Below, piece after piece: positions 62,985 through 64,000 of a stretch of DNA of 64,000 nucleotides. The notes beneath the pieces are model-generated. The model had not been told where the DNA came from and did no database searches. It saw only the letters and a list, made by a program, of their open reading frames with translations. The translations under genes and the position numbers were made by a program. Source of the DNA: Ignavibacteriota bacterium (GTDB taxonomy: Bacteria > Bacteroidota > Ignavibacteria > UBA10030 > CAVZMI01); the NCBI GenBank assembly GCA_963776275.1, contig CAVZMI010000023.1, forward strand, positions 192,001 to 256,000, in the 5' to 3' direction. Positions within the stretch are counted from its first letter, which is position 1. The number at the start of each line of letters is the position of its first letter.

Positions 62985-63935
62985 ATGAAAATCGGTATTG
63001 TCGGTTCCGGAGTCGTTGGAGCCACCGCTGCATATGCCATGGTGATGCGCGGTGTAGGTCGTGAAATCGTGCTTGTGGATAAAAACACTCAACGGGCGCG
63101 CTCTGAAGCGGACGACATATCGCACGCAATTCCGTTTGCCTACCCGCTCCATGTTTATCCGGGTGAGTATTCCGATCTATCTGATGCACGGGTTGTGATA
63201 ATTGCCGCGGGCGTCAGTCAGAAACCGGACGAAACGCGTCTGCAATTGCTCGGACGAAATGCAGCGGTATTCCGGGAAGTAATTCCGAATGTTCTTGAAA
63301 ATGCGCGGGATGCGGTACTTGTCGTAGCAACAAATCCTGTCGATGTGATGACCCATCTTGCCGCGGATTTTGCCGCACCACTTGGCGTTCCATCAAGCCG
63401 CATCCTCGGATCGGGTACCACGCTCGATACTGCCCGTTTCCGGACGCTCCTCGGACGTCATCTCGGAGTCGATCCGCTTCATGTCCATGCCTATGTCCTC
63501 GGTGAACATGGAGATTCGGAGGTGCTTACATGGTCTCTTGCGACGGTCGGTGGAATGCCGCTTGAAGATTTTTGCCGAAAGCGAAACGTATTCTGTGATC
63601 ATGAAGTCCGGAAAAGGATCGACGAGCAGGTACGCCGTGCAGCTTATCATATCATCCAAGGAAAAGGATCTACCTATTACGGTGTCGGCAGTGCTCTCGC
63701 ACGGATTGTCGATATTATCCTCCATAACCAGCGCTCTATCCTTACGGTGTGCACGAGGGTGCCGGAAATCGTCGGTGTCGCGGATGTCACACTCTCCCTT
63801 CCGCATCTTATCGGAGGCGACGGTGTCCTGGCAGCATTCCCGCCGCCCCTTAGCGACGAAGAACTTGACCTTCTTCAGAAGAGTGCCAGAGTAATAAAGA
63901 CAGCTGTCGAAAGTCTGTATTCCCAAAAAGTTTGA
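62985..63935 (+). CDS. ldh: L-lactate dehydrogenase
   Basis: [48 protein letters not shown]. Confidence 0.93.
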   Translation: MKIGIVGSGVVGATAAYAMVMRGVGREIVLVDKNTQRARSEADDISHAIPFAYPLHVYPGEYSDLSDARVVIIAAGVSQKPDETRLQLLGRNAAVFREVIPNVLENARDAVLVVATNPVDVMTHLAADFAAPLGVPSSRILGSGTTLDTARFRTLLGRHLGVDPLHVHAYVLGEHGDSEVLTWSLATVGGMPLEDFCRKRNVFCDHEVRKRIDEQVRRAAYHIIQGKGSTYYGVGSALARIVDIILHNQRSILTVCTRVPEIVGVADVTLSLPHLIGGDGVLAAFPPPLSDEELDLLQKSARVIKTAVESLYSQKV

Positions 63936-64000
63936 AATTGGTTGTCCACGATGGAATAACCGCAGCGATTGAGAGGAAATAAGATCTTACTGTTTATTTT

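Noticed and set aside
1-64000. tRNA, rRNA or prophage genes
   Set aside because: None were recognised, and there are no phage structural or replication genes among the ORFs.

Overview
A 64 kb bacterial chromosomal window, probably from the Ignavibacteria/FCB group. This is inferred from four proteins ending in a T9SS-type 'QNYPNPFN' sorting domain. The flanks carry housekeeping and envelope genes: cinA, pgpA, pgsA, rpmB, a DEAD-box helicase, GH20, two CotH proteins with a VTC/DUF4956 cluster, GH28, an MFS transporter, proB, proA, gltD and ldh. There are also two IS200-like (RAYT-type) tnpA genes with REP arrays. The main finding is about 20 kb (approx. 24.1-44.6 kb) that looks like a non-canonical integron-like cassette system. 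A tyrosine recombinase lacking the IntI-specific insertion (43648-44583, minus strand) points into an array of co-oriented cassettes. The cassettes are separated by at least 12 structured sites of the form TAAC-GTNN-[12-bp stem]...[stem]-T-GTTA, which differ from canonical attC. Each cassette has its own 18-24 bp terminal inverted repeat with a conserved G.T mismatch at position 11. Cargo includes a vsr/REase/C5-MTase system, an exactly duplicated 198-bp ORF-less cassette and a T9SS protein. An IS110/IS1111-type element sits inside the core of one site. The many single-base frameshifts suggest assembly indels. All calls were made by eye, without database searches.
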